64,000 bases of DNA. Source: an uncultured Rhabdochlamydiaceae bacterium. GTDB lineage: Bacteria > Chlamydiota > Chlamydiia > Chlamydiales > Rhabdochlamydiaceae. Positions 46,800 through 57,180 of this stretch are shown here, in pieces (the first letter of the stretch is position 1; every line of letters starts with the position of its first letter). A model generated the notes under the pieces. It made no database searches. It was not told the origin of the DNA and was given only the letters and a program-made list of their open reading frames with translations. Location: positions 576,001-640,000 of the forward strand of contig CAVQHD010000001.1 in NCBI GenBank assembly GCA_963712275.1, in the 5' to 3' direction. The position numbers and the translations under genes were made by a program.

Positions 46800-48374
46800 G
46801 AGGGAATTGCAAAACTAGAAACGAAAAAGTGATTTTTCGGGGATAGTGAATGCAAACCGGTTGGCAGGCCCCGAAAAATCACTTTTTCGATTCCAGTCTC
46901 GTAATTTTAGATGTTTTATCCAAAAAATCTTCACTGTGAGAACAAGCGGGAGCCCATTTGATCATTGGCCAGAAGACTTTTTCACCCTACAGCAAGATTA
47001 CGTGACCAATTTCATCAATTGGTCGGCTGTCAATACCAACACGCCAAACATAAGATGGCACGCAACCTTACTAAGTCCGCGCACCCTGAGTTTGCAAGCA
47101 CCAAATTCGTCTTTCAGACGAGAATTGGTTCGTTCCGCAGCTGTCCTTTCATTATAACGCAGTGTTTCTGGGAAAATTAAATTCAGAGTTCTTCTTGCAA
47201 GACTTTCCGCTTCAAGGTCTTTTTTGAGCTGTTTGTCTGCTCTTGGATTCTTATCGATTAGGGGCTTGTGTCCGAGAGATTGGCTATGTGCGATAATACC
47301 TGGGATGTCGTAAGCGGCATCCATGAGGTCATAGCAGTTGATGATTCTCGTGGCAGTTAAAGTGGCCAGAGGAATTGCAACCTGACTGTCATGAACTGAA
47401 GCTGAAGTAACAATAGCGCTGACAGGGATGCCTCCGTCAATGGTATCTAAATGTAACTTGTAGCCAGTCCAGTACATTGTATTACCTTTGCTGTCTTTTT
47501 TAGCACCTTTGTCGCATGCTGTCGGTAAATCAGCCAGCATTTCTTCTAGCGTCATCGTTTTTTGTCTGTCTATGCGCGTAGGTTCGGGTTTGGCTCGTTT
47601 TTGGCCTTTTTTAGGGCGACCTTTTTTCTTTGGCTCCAATTCCTGATCCGGATCTTCACTGTTTTGCGTTGCCTTGTTCTTAGTTTTGGTTTGCGGCCGT
47701 TCTCGAGCCTCGATTGCGGTTGAATCGCGTGAATTATGCAAAACGACTTCGTTTTTCAATGTCTTTACAATCAGCGCCTCATGTGCGCGCTGAGGAAGCC
47801 CTGTTTTAGCAAACTCAGTGAAGGCTCTAGAAAAAGTAGCCTCACTAGGCAGTTCAGACAGAGATTCCCACCCACAAATACGTCGTAGGTTTTTATCGCT
47901 TTTCAAGCGATCAATCAAAAATGTTGTCGTATCGAGATTGTATACCATTTTAACAACGAATGATCTGGCAATTGCTGAACGTGTTTTTTGTGGGCGGCCC
48001 TCACATCCGTAATAGCAAGGAAGAAAGTCTTCGATGCGTACCACTTCCAAAATAGAAACCAATTGTTGCTGCTTTTCTGTCAGTGGATCGAGCTCTTCTT
48101 CTAACCAAGCGAAAAGAGAGCCTTGAATTTTTTCCCAATATTTTGATAAAGTGTCTGTCAGCTGACCCACGTGGTTTGCTCCTTGCTCTGATGTGATTGT
48201 TTGTCAGAAAGCTAATTATATCAGACGCAAGGTGTTTGTTAAAAGTGACTTGTGGTTGAAAATCGCAACGCTATTACAGAAATGACGAAAGGGAAGACTT
48301 TTTCGGAGTTGCTGTAGGTTTTGCTAAAACGGACCCGAAAAAGTCTTCCCTTTCGTTAGTTTTGCAATTCCCTC
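46800..48374 (-). mobile_element. Complete insertion sequence (1575 bp), IS5/IS1182-like DDE type
   Basis: 18-bp perfect TIR GAGGGAATTGCAAAACTA at 46800-46817 and 48357-48374; 4-bp target duplication AATG. Confidence 0.93.
46998..48170 (-). CDS. DDE transposase (DUF772-like N-terminus)
   Basis: GRP, PSEATFSR, DSTAIEARE, WTGYKLHL, SASVHDS, LMDAAYD, YNERTAAERTNSRLK. Confidence 0.93.
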   Translation of the reverse strand: MGQLTDTLSKYWEKIQGSLFAWLEEELDPLTEKQQQLVSILEVVRIEDFLPCYYGCEGRPQKTRSAIARSFVVKMVYNLDTTTFLIDRLKSDKNLRRICGWESLSELPSEATFSRAFTEFAKTGLPQRAHEALIVKTLKNEVVLHNSRDSTAIEARERPQTKTKNKATQNSEDPDQELEPKKKGRPKKGQKRAKPEPTRIDRQKTMTLEEMLADLPTACDKGAKKDSKGNTMYWTGYKLHLDTIDGGIPVSAIVTSASVHDSQVAIPLATLTATRIINCYDLMDAAYDIPGIIAHSQSLGHKPLIDKNPRADKQLKKDLEAESLARRTLNLIFPETLRYNERTAAERTNSRLKDEFGACKLRVRGLSKVACHLMFGVLVLTADQLMKLVT

Positions 48375-49351
48375 AATGATCATTTCAGGTTTCATTTCAT
48401 GAATACAGTCAATAGCCAAAAACAAGTCTGCACTATGATCAGGAAGTTTATTCAATTGGTCAGGTGTCAAAAAGATAATGTTCGATTCGAAGTACTCGTT
48501 TTCAATTTCTTTAAAAGTATTAAAGGGTCTAAATTTCATCACTTTTTTATCTGGGAAAACATCAGTCAAATATGTTTGACTTACATATAGAGCTGGAGGA
48601 AAATCAACGATGATGTATCTTAGATTTGGCAATAACTTTAAGAAACAAAACGCTGTTCTACCAGAGCCTGCTCCAATTTCAATGATTGTTGAGATTTCAT
48701 TGATAGGACAATTTTGAGAGATTGGAATAAATTCTAAAAGAGAATTACAAGCATCTTGCGAAACTCTTTTCCCATCGTATGTCACATAAGGTGGATTTCC
48801 GATAAGTGGCTCTTCCAGGGTTTTTAATAATTCTATTTTTCCAAGTTTTATAATGTAGTTAATAAAATATTCTGTTATAGCATTATACTTTAAGCTTTCT
48901 TCTGGGCTGAAAAACGGATGAACTTTGGAGATTTCTTTATGAGGTAGTCTTATTGTTAATTCTGGAACTTCTTTTTTCAAATTAGAAGCATAGGGATTTT
49001 CTATAGAAACAACCCATGTAAAATAATTTCTAGCGACTGTCTGTTTGAAATTTTGATATCCATAGGCAGAAATCTGTTGGATATTGTAGTTGTTAAGATG
49101 ATTCCAATAGTTTGATGAAAATCTTATAAGATTTGAAGAGATAAAATAATCTTCCATTTCTTTAAGACCAGATGGTAGCTGTTGATTAAGGCGATATAGT
49201 TGCCACCATTTTACAAACTCTTCGTTACTCATTCCTTCAAGGAAGGAAAACTGTAGGCATAGGAACAAAATGAAAACACTTAATTTTTTTCTCATTATTT
49301 TTATCGGGATAGGTTCATAGGTCAATTTTATATCAATTTAATTTTTTTCAA

Positions 49352-50674
49352 TCAATCTTGGAGATGATTTGCTCCACGTATCGAGAAACTTTTAAGCCGA
49401 TACAGATACCCATAAACGACGGCAGCATGGATCCAGATATAAGGACGGAAAAGCCCTTGGTTCATTTGCAGGGCAATCACCATGACGATCAGAGAGAAAA
49501 ATAATGCAATGGCCGTTTTTTTTGAGAAAGCATCGATCGAGATATCTTCTATGACATCTCGAAAAGTGTGATGAAATAGGGCTGCAAGAGAGATAAAAGC
49601 AATTAGGCCAATGAGGCCTAAGCTAGCGAGGATTTCAGTGAGGCAATTCGTAGGATCATGCGCTTCAAATTCTTCAAGAGTTGTGATTTTTAAGTCGTAG
49701 AGTGATTCTTTTTGAAAGAGATAGGGTCCCACGCCTCCTAGTCCAACTCCAAGAAGCGGGTGGGTTAAAAACACCTTCGTGCTTGCAACGATTCCATCCC
49801 ATCTTGCCACAAATGAAAGGTGTTCAATTCCAAAATAGAAAAATTTGAAAAGAGAGTGGAGGGTGATCTCATAAAAAAGAGCTGTAAAGAGTCCAACAGA
49901 AAGGGAAAAGGCAAGGATTGCTTTCTTAAGATTTTTCCAAAGAAGTGATTGAAAAGAGCGAAGGAATTTAGTGAAGGTAGCAAATAAGACAACTCCGAAA
50001 AAAACAGGGTAAGAGACGATGAGCCCTGTGGAAGTTGAGACAGCCAGCAGCATATTCTGCCCGAATAATTTTAAAGATTTAAATCGGAGGCGGCCCTCTT
50101 GTAGAAGGAAGATTCCATTGTGGAACATCACGTAGGGAACCATGTAAAGGGCGTAGTAGGAAGGCTCATAGGTCCAAGCCTGCCCTCTTGCAAGCGATCC
50201 AATTTTCTGCAGAGTAAAGGGGGCGTAGATCCCAAAAATAGATAGACCAACCTGAAGTGCTGCATAGAGACCAACGATCAGAAAAGAGCCCCAGTAAATT
50301 CGAAAAAATCGGTTGAGATCAATTGTTTGGAGAATTTGAAAGGGAAGGAAAAAATAGAATCCAAAATTGAGAAGGTAAACACCGATATAACCTAAGGAGC
50401 GAGCCTTTGCAACGCTGCATAAAGCTGAAATGGCAAGAGAGCCTAGAATGAGAAGTGAGGGTTTAAGAAGAGGGCGGGGAAAACTCCATGGTTTTCTCTC
50501 AAGAAAGATCCATCCAAGCAAAAGAAGCGCTACAAGATGGCCGATTTTGGGTTTAAAGACTCCTACAACGGCATGAAGCTGCTCTCCTGAGGAAGAAAGG
50601 AAATAAAAAAATAAGAGAAGCGAAAAGCAGACTTCGCTAAACAAGAGTCTATGCTTGCGAAGCAGTACGTCCAT
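49352..50674 (-). CDS. O-antigen ligase/polymerase-like multi-pass membrane protein
   Basis: About 11 TM segments, EPSYYA, R(W)...HPLLGVGLG, LASLGLIG; start uncertain. Confidence 0.75.
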   Translation of the reverse strand: MDVLLRKHRLLFSEVCFSLLLFFYFLSSSGEQLHAVVGVFKPKIGHLVALLLLGWIFLERKPWSFPRPLLKPSLLILGSLAISALCSVAKARSLGYIGVYLLNFGFYFFLPFQILQTIDLNRFFRIYWGSFLIVGLYAALQVGLSIFGIYAPFTLQKIGSLARGQAWTYEPSYYALYMVPYVMFHNGIFLLQEGRLRFKSLKLFGQNMLLAVSTSTGLIVSYPVFFGVVLFATFTKFLRSFQSLLWKNLKKAILAFSLSVGLFTALFYEITLHSLFKFFYFGIEHLSFVARWDGIVASTKVFLTHPLLGVGLGGVGPYLFQKESLYDLKITTLEEFEAHDPTNCLTEILASLGLIGLIAFISLAALFHHTFRDVIEDISIDAFSKKTAIALFFSLIVMVIALQMNQGLFRPYIWIHAAVVYGYLYRLKSFSIRGANHLQD

Positions 50675-52043
50675 AGACATCCTCAAAACGGACGATATCA
50701 TCTTCTCCGGTATATTCACCGACCTGAACTTCAATCATTTCCAAGGGAACTTTGCCCGGGTTCTCAAGGCGGTGAAGCGTCGATTTGGGAACGTAGATGC
50801 TCTCGTTTTCATGGAGTAGTTTTTCTTCTGCACCGATAGTCACATTGGCTGTTCCGCTCACTACAATCCAATGTTCGCTTCGGTGGTAATGGAGCTGCAG
50901 ACTGAGCTTGTGCCCTGGATGAACAACAATTCTTTTCACCTTAAACCGGGGGCCTTCTTCTAAAATCGTATATTGTCCCCAGGGGCGGATCATTGTCGAG
51001 GGGTCCTGCACCTCCTTGGTTTGCATTTTTTTGAGTTCTTCAACGAGTGCTTTAACTCTCTGAGATTCTCCTTTTTTCCCTAGAAAAAGAGCGTCGTCGG
51101 TTTCGACGATAATGAGATCTTCAAGCCCCACGGTAGAGATGAGTCTTTTCCCTCCATAAATCAAACTATTCTTGGTGTCGATATCATACACATTTCCGAT
51201 CTTGACATTTTGATTTGTGTCTTTGTCTAAGGTATCAAAAACACTATCCCATGACCCCAAATCAGACCACCTGAGGAGAAGAGGAATCACTACAATATTC
51301 GAGCTTCTCTCCATGACAGCATGATCGATGGAAATCGATTTTAAAGAGGCAAAGTGCTCTCTAAGCTCTGGGTAGGCAAGGAGCATGCCAGGCGCTAGCT
51401 CAGGAGTGTGCTCTTTAATCTTCTCAAAAAGAGTCCGGGCTGTGAAAGCAAAGACGCCGCTATTCCACAGATAATTGCCGCTCTCAAGATACTCTCTAGC
51501 AACCTCCAAAGATGGTTTTTCAACAAATTGCACAACACGATGAAGAAGTCCTTCTTTTTTCACATGTAGATACCCATAACCCGTCTCTGGTTTATCAGGC
51601 GCTGCTCCAAAGGTGACAATCGACCCCTCCTGCGCCCTCACATCGGCTTCTGTGAGTAAATCAAGAAACATCTCTTCAGAGTCCATCACCTGATCGGAGG
51701 GAGTGATGAGAAGAGTTTCATCTAAGCAGACATTTTCGACATCGACCAAGTACTTAGCGGCCAAAAGAATGGCAGGCCCTGTATTTTTGCGGACAGGTTC
51801 AACCAAGATTCTGTGTTCTAGATGAGGGTGCAGAGCTATCCCCTGGCTTCGCACCAGCTGATAACACTCAGGGCTTGTCACAATCAAAAGATCTTCGGGA
51901 GGGTGATCTTTTAAGAACCGGAGAATAGTCCGCTCAAGGAGCGAGTGCTCATTCCCAATTTTTAAAAACTGCTTAGGAAAAGAGTCCCGCGAGAGCGGCC
52001 ATAGACGGGTTCCGCTACCCCCGGCAAGAATGACGATTTTCAC
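50649..52043 (-). CDS. manC: Mannose-1-phosphate guanylyltransferase / mannose-6-phosphate isomerase
   Basis: ILAGGSGTRLWPLSR..PKQF, ETGYGY, WSDLGSW, RPWG, LSLQLHYHRSEHW. Confidence 0.97.
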   Translation of the reverse strand: MKIVILAGGSGTRLWPLSRDSFPKQFLKIGNEHSLLERTILRFLKDHPPEDLLIVTSPECYQLVRSQGIALHPHLEHRILVEPVRKNTGPAILLAAKYLVDVENVCLDETLLITPSDQVMDSEEMFLDLLTEADVRAQEGSIVTFGAAPDKPETGYGYLHVKKEGLLHRVVQFVEKPSLEVAREYLESGNYLWNSGVFAFTARTLFEKIKEHTPELAPGMLLAYPELREHFASLKSISIDHAVMERSSNIVVIPLLLRWSDLGSWDSVFDTLDKDTNQNVKIGNVYDIDTKNSLIYGGKRLISTVGLEDLIIVETDDALFLGKKGESQRVKALVEELKKMQTKEVQDPSTMIRPWGQYTILEEGPRFKVKRIVVHPGHKLSLQLHYHRSEHWIVVSGTANVTIGAEEKLLHENESIYVPKSTLHRLENPGKVPLEMIEVQVGEYTGEDDIVRFEDVYGRTASQA

Positions 52044-53115
52044 AAAAACGCTCCCATTGTTGGTTGATGAATTGTTTAAATTCTCTCTTAAATCGGTCAG
52101 CTGAAAAATTTTCGCTATGAGATCGAATCACACCACTATTCCACGCCTCTTTCTCAAACTGCTCAATGGCTAAAACAATGCTCTGAGAACTTTGCTCATT
52201 AAAAAAAAGCCCCGTCTCTCCTTCAATCACTGTTTCAAGCGATCCTCCTCGACCATACGCAATCACAGGGGTTCCTGCAGCCTGAGCCTCCAGAGGAGAG
52301 ATCCCAAAGTCTTCTTCTGCAGCAAAGACGAACCCCTTCGCTCTTTCCATAAGGCTGCGGACAGTTTCATCCGGTTGAAATCCTAGAAATTCAATATTAG
52401 GTCCTGCTGCTGCTTGAAGTCTAGCCCTCTCTGGCCCCTCTCCAACAACGATGAGCTTTCGAGAGGGCATCGAGTTAAAAGCTTGGACGATTAAGTCGAC
52501 CCTTTTATAAGGGACAAGTCTTGAAACGGTGAGGTAGTAGTTTTCTTTCACCTCATAAGGAGAAAACAAGTGCGTTGCAACAGGGGGATAGATCACAGTT
52601 GCAGGCCGGTGGTACAGACGAGAGATCCTCTCTGCGACAAAGAAGGAGTTAGCAATAAAGTGGTCCACCCGTCCCACGGTCTTTAAATCCCACTGCCGCA
52701 AATATTTTAAAACTTGCCGGGCAAATCCTCCTTTGATAGATCCCATCGAGCTCAAATACTCCTCTTGCAAGTCCCAAGCGTACCGCATCGGCGTGTGGCA
52801 ATAACAAATATGGAGCTGATTTTCACCCGTTTTTACCCCTTTTGCAACGGCATGAGAGCTAGAGATAATTAAATCGTACTCCTTCAGATCGAATCGTTCG
52901 ATCGCCAGTGGAAATAAAGGAAGGTAATTTCGGTACTGCGTCTTTGCAAGGGGAAGCTTCTGAATAAAAGAGCTTTTGACATTCAGCTCATTCATGATCT
53001 TTGAGCTTTTGAAGAGTGTGAACACAGGAGATGGGAAAAGATCGAGAATCTCAGAGAGAACTCTCTCTGCCCCTCCCAAAGAAATCAGCCAATCATGCAC
53101 AACCGCTGTCTTCAC
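52015..53115 (-). CDS. Glycosyltransferase family 4 (mannosyltransferase, WbaZ-like)
   Basis: VHDWL...GGAERVL, CYCHTPMRYAWD, SRLVPYKRVD, EEDFGISPLEAQAAG. Confidence 0.92.
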   Translation of the reverse strand: MKTAVVHDWLISLGGAERVLSEILDLFPSPVFTLFKSSKIMNELNVKSSFIQKLPLAKTQYRNYLPLFPLAIERFDLKEYDLIISSSHAVAKGVKTGENQLHICYCHTPMRYAWDLQEEYLSSMGSIKGGFARQVLKYLRQWDLKTVGRVDHFIANSFFVAERISRLYHRPATVIYPPVATHLFSPYEVKENYYLTVSRLVPYKRVDLIVQAFNSMPSRKLIVVGEGPERARLQAAAGPNIEFLGFQPDETVRSLMERAKGFVFAAEEDFGISPLEAQAAGTPVIAYGRGGSLETVIEGETGLFFNEQSSQSIVLAIEQFEKEAWNSGVIRSHSENFSADRFKREFKQFINQQWERFCENRHSCRG

Positions 53116-54200
53116 AATATCCTCTCGATCACTTCTAAATGTTTCTCAGCGGTTTTTTCCCACCTAAACAGCTCAACTCTTTCCCTGCCTTTCTGGATAA
53201 GAGTCTGACGCAAGGCAGGTTTTTCAATCAATTCACAGATTTTCAGCACCATATCGTCCACATCGTAAGGATCAATATAAAGAGAGGCCTCTCCGCACAC
53301 TTCCGGAAGGCTTGCTGCATTAGAAACAAGGGTGGGGCAATCGCAGCTCATCGCCTCTAAAGGCGTCAGCCCAAACCCCTCGTACAGGGAAGGGTGAATT
53401 GCACAGTACGCCTCCTGGTAGAGATAGGGAAGATCTCTTTGATCAACCTCGCCTAAAAACAAAACTCTTTCACTTTGTCTTGCATGAACGGGGTTATTTT
53501 TGACCGTTTTCCCAATGATGACTAGTTTCCAATCAAGGTGCCGCTGAGGGAGCCGACTCCAAGCGTGGATGAGCCTTTCGACATTTTTATGGGGGAGAAG
53601 TGTGCCAACGAAAATAAAATAACGGTTCGGCAGTTGATATTTTTGACGTACAATGGACGCATCTCCTTTCTTTTGAAAATGAGTACTATCGACGCCTAGA
53701 TGAACCACAGATATTTTTTTCTCAGGGGTTTTCGTGTATTTAATGATTTCTTCCTTGGAAAAGGAGGAGATCGTCAAGATATGGTCTGCAATGCGGGCTG
53801 CCGACTTGATCACGGTGTGTGCATAAACTCGTTTAAGAAGAGGGAGTTTTTTGGTGTGGGCTAAGTGATAGACATCATGAAGTGTTACAAGCCTTTTTTT
53901 TGCCCGAATCGGAAGCAAAGGGGCGTTAAAATGAGGAGTCCAAAATAGGTTGACTGGAGGGATCAGAAAAGGGAGCCTAAGCTGTTCTTCAGCAGAATAG
54001 ATAGGAGCCGAAGTCAGAATTAAATCATCACTTGCAATGATTGGCCACTTTTCTACGAGTTGCGGCGTTGCGATTAGTTTTAGGTGGAGCGAAGTTTGTT
54101 TTAAGAAGCCGACCATATGCCGGATGTAGGTTCCAACTCCTGTGTTAAAGGCCATCCGAATATCAATGCAGAGCTCTTTCACTTGCCACCATGAGTTCAA
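53112..54200 (-). CDS. Glycosyltransferase family 4
   Basis: [29 protein letters not shown]. Confidence 0.92.
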   Translation of the reverse strand: MNSWWQVKELCIDIRMAFNTGVGTYIRHMVGFLKQTSLHLKLIATPQLVEKWPIIASDDLILTSAPIYSAEEQLRLPFLIPPVNLFWTPHFNAPLLPIRAKKRLVTLHDVYHLAHTKKLPLLKRVYAHTVIKSAARIADHILTISSFSKEEIIKYTKTPEKKISVVHLGVDSTHFQKKGDASIVRQKYQLPNRYFIFVGTLLPHKNVERLIHAWSRLPQRHLDWKLVIIGKTVKNNPVHARQSERVLFLGEVDQRDLPYLYQEAYCAIHPSLYEGFGLTPLEAMSCDCPTLVSNAASLPEVCGEASLYIDPYDVDDMVLKICELIEKPALRQTLIQKGRERVELFRWEKTAEKHLEVIERIL

Positions 54201-55143
54201 TCAGTTGTTCAATTGACGTTTTCGGAGTCCATTGCAGTTGATCTCTTGCCTTGGAGGCGTCTCCTCTTAGTGGAATATCCTCTGCTTTGCGAAAAAATTG
54301 AGAGGAGATTTCGACACGTCGCTCACCGGTCTTTTGATCGATCCCCTTTTCTTCAAGCCCTTCACCTTCCCATTTAAGATGGATATCGACAGCTCTAAAG
54401 GCCATTTCCACAAACTGACGGACCGATGTGAGCACTCCTGAGGCCAGAACATAATCTTCAGGGGTGCTTTGCTGCAGCATGAGCCACATTGCCTCAACAT
54501 AATCCTTTGCATAACCCCAATCTCTTTTCATCTCTAGGTTTCCCAAGATAAGCTTCTCCTGAAACCCCTTCCGAATCCGAACCACTCCCTTTGTGATTTT
54601 GCGGGAGACAAAAGCCTCTTTCCGCCTCGGGCTTTCATGATTAAATAAAATCCCATTGCAAGCATACAGCTGATACGCCTCCCTATAATTGATCACGCTC
54701 CAATGCGCATACATCTTGGCAACGCCATAGGGCGACCTTGGATGAAAAGCGGTCGTTTCGCTTTGAGGGGTGGAGGCCACTTTGCCGAAAAGCTCTGCAG
54801 AAGAGGCTTGAAATAATTTTGCTCTAGGAGAATAGAGTCGCATCGCTTCTAAAATTCGGAGAGCGGCAAGGCCATCGACATTAAACGTATATTCAGGCAT
54901 CCGAAATGACTGCCGGTCATTGCTCATCGCGGCCAAGTTATAGATCTCATCGGGCCCTACATTCTTTAGCACCTGCTTTAAACTTCCCGGGTCGCTTAAA
55001 TCGGCCTGATGAAAATGGTACGGAAAGTCTCCATCGGGAACTTGACGAACAATTCCATGGACTTCATAGCCGTGCTGCAGGAGCCATTCAGCTAAATACG
55101 ATCCATCCTGTCCTGTCACCCCTGTAATGAGCGCTTTTTTCAT
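54163..55143 (-). CDS. gmd: GDP-mannose 4,6-dehydratase (copy 1, more divergent)
   Basis: [54 protein letters not shown]. Confidence 0.9.
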   Translation of the reverse strand: MKKALITGVTGQDGSYLAEWLLQHGYEVHGIVRQVPDGDFPYHFHQADLSDPGSLKQVLKNVGPDEIYNLAAMSNDRQSFRMPEYTFNVDGLAALRILEAMRLYSPRAKLFQASSAELFGKVASTPQSETTAFHPRSPYGVAKMYAHWSVINYREAYQLYACNGILFNHESPRRKEAFVSRKITKGVVRIRKGFQEKLILGNLEMKRDWGYAKDYVEAMWLMLQQSTPEDYVLASGVLTSVRQFVEMAFRAVDIHLKWEGEGLEEKGIDQKTGERRVEISSQFFRKAEDIPLRGDASKARDQLQWTPKTSIEQLIELMVASERALH

Positions 55144-55226
55144 GACAATAAGATAAACGAATATACTAAGGAAAACAAGACTAATAGCCTTTACAACGCA
55201 AGAGAAAATTGTATAGAATGCTTCAT

Positions 55227-56252
55227 ATGACTTTAAAACTATCAATTTGCATCCCAACCTATAACTTTGGAAAATTCATTGGAGAGACGCTTGAAAGCAT
55301 CATTCCTCAGCTCAATGAATTGGTTGAAGTGGTGATCTTGGATGGAGCATCCACGGATAATACTCAAGAAATTGTACAGCAGTACCAGCAAATAGCTCCT
55401 CAAATCCGTTATTTCAGGCAGATGGAAAAGGGGGGCATTGACCGAGACATGCATCTTGCTGTCGAAAAAGCTCAAGGGGGTTTTTGCTGGCTATTTAGCA
55501 GCGATGATGTTGTCGTAGACGGAGCAATTGAGAAGATCTTATTAGAAATTAATGAAAACTGTGAAGTTTATTTATCTAATTTTACGATTTGCACTTTAGA
55601 TATTAATGTAAAAATGGAAGAACATTCTATTTTAAAAATAAATGGACCAAAAAAATACAATCTTACAGATGAGTTAGTGAGAAAAAAGTATTTCGAACAA
55701 GCGATTGCAACGCCTGCTTTTTTTAGCTTTATGGGTTCCTTGATTATTAAACGGTCTAGGTGGCTAGAAACATCCGTTGAACCTCGCTTTTTTGGAAGCT
55801 GTTGGGCGCATGCTGCCCGTATTTTTCGAATGATCCCCAACGGCCTTCAGGTTAAATATTTGGATTCTTCACTTCTCCGTAAACGGTCGTTCAACGATTC
55901 CTTCATGGATCGGGGATTTATTCACCGCATCGCCATTGCCATTGATGGGTATCTCGATATTGCCCACACAATTTTTGGAGAGAGCAGCTTTGAAACATTC
56001 CATATCCGGAGGGCGCTTAAAAAAGAGTTTCCTTTGAGCGCATTTTTAGTCGGCAAAAAAGAGATCAAAAGCCGCTCCGATCGCGTGAGGTTGTTGTCCC
56101 TTCTTAAAAAGACCTATTCAGACGATCGATTAAAACGGTGGTTTTTTTACATGTTGATCGGGATATTTCCAGATTTTTTAATTGTCTTTCTTAGAAAGGT
56201 TAACAGAGCAAGAAAGATTTTTTTTGGAAAAATGATGGACGTTAAAGTCTAA
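55227..56252 (+). CDS. Glycosyltransferase family 2 (RfbV/abequosyltransferase-like)
   Basis: LSICIPTYN, DGASTDNT, GGIDRD, CWLFSSDD, FSFMGSLIIKR..W. Confidence 0.85.
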   Translation: MTLKLSICIPTYNFGKFIGETLESIIPQLNELVEVVILDGASTDNTQEIVQQYQQIAPQIRYFRQMEKGGIDRDMHLAVEKAQGGFCWLFSSDDVVVDGAIEKILLEINENCEVYLSNFTICTLDINVKMEEHSILKINGPKKYNLTDELVRKKYFEQAIATPAFFSFMGSLIIKRSRWLETSVEPRFFGSCWAHAARIFRMIPNGLQVKYLDSSLLRKRSFNDSFMDRGFIHRIAIAIDGYLDIAHTIFGESSFETFHIRRALKKEFPLSAFLVGKKEIKSRSDRVRLLSLLKKTYSDDRLKRWFFYMLIGIFPDFLIVFLRKVNRARKIFFGKMMDVKV

Positions 56253-56290
56253 AATCTTCTATCATCAGCTCATTTTAAAAAGGAGATTTT

Positions 56291-57163
56291 ATGTACGGGA
56301 TTTTCATATGTCTCTGTTTGGGATTTGCGCAGCTCCATGCCTCCCTTGTTTCTAAACCTCCTCATTCTTCTCGATACATCCCTTCCAACCTTAAATATGA
56401 TCATATCACGAGTGCAAACGGTGAATATGTAGATCAAATTCTGAAGAAGGTACGTCTCTTTTCCAGTGCAAGTTACGAGATCCACAGTGTCAATGGATTG
56501 GGGATGTTTTTTCTGGATCAAAAGTCTGATTGGATTAAAGATTTGTTAAAGAAAGGTCAGCCTTGGGAGGGCTACCTGGCTCCCATCATTCGAAAATATG
56601 TTAAACCAAACACAGTTGTACTCGATGTAGGCGCTCATATAGGAACGCATACGTTAAACCTCTCCCGTGCAGTGGGGCCGGGAGGGATGGTGATTGCCTT
56701 TGAACCTCAGACAAAAACTTTTTGCGAGCTGTTTATGAATATGGAGCTTAATAGAGCTTCTAATGTTTGGTGTTTTTGGGGCGGGTTAGCAGATAAAATA
56801 GACGAAATCAAATTGCCAAAATTTCATCCGGAAGTCGAAGTCGCACCTCTATATGATTATACGTATGAAATGTCCGAGGAGATCACCCCTATAATTACAT
56901 TGGACAGCTTAAATTTATCCAATGTCTCCTTCTTGAAGGTGGATGTTGATGGATGCGATGATCTCTTCTTAGATGGAGCAAGAGAAACAATCTTACGCAA
57001 TAAACCTGTGATGGTTATGGAAATTTTAGGGGGGGCCGATATCGATACCGCCATCCCCGAACACAAAAAACGCATCTTAAATACACAAAAGAAAATCACC
57101 GATCTGGGTTATGGGCTAGAGAGGATTTCAGTACACGACTATCTATGTCTTCCAATTCAATAA
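56291..57163 (+). CDS. FkbM-family methyltransferase with signal peptide
   Basis: VLDVGAHIGTHT, VIAFEP, TLDSL, FLKVDVDG. Confidence 0.9.
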   Translation: MYGIFICLCLGFAQLHASLVSKPPHSSRYIPSNLKYDHITSANGEYVDQILKKVRLFSSASYEIHSVNGLGMFFLDQKSDWIKDLLKKGQPWEGYLAPIIRKYVKPNTVVLDVGAHIGTHTLNLSRAVGPGGMVIAFEPQTKTFCELFMNMELNRASNVWCFWGGLADKIDEIKLPKFHPEVEVAPLYDYTYEMSEEITPIITLDSLNLSNVSFLKVDVDGCDDLFLDGARETILRNKPVMVMEILGGADIDTAIPEHKKRILNTQKKITDLGYGLERISVHDYLCLPIQ

Positions 57164-57180
57164 TATAAAGGCTTTTAATT

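Larger units (their letters stand above)
46601..49325 (-). pseudogene. Putative sugar O-methyltransferase gene interrupted by an IS (5' part 48375-49325, 3' part 46601-46799)
   Basis: IIEIGAGSGRTA SAM-binding motif; removing the IS plus one AATG restores ...HEMKPEMIIEYFNEAERL... in frame. Confidence 0.88.

Noticed and set aside
46601..46882. Independent 93-aa gene
   Set aside because: Its first part is IS sequence; the rest is the severed C-terminus of the methyltransferase
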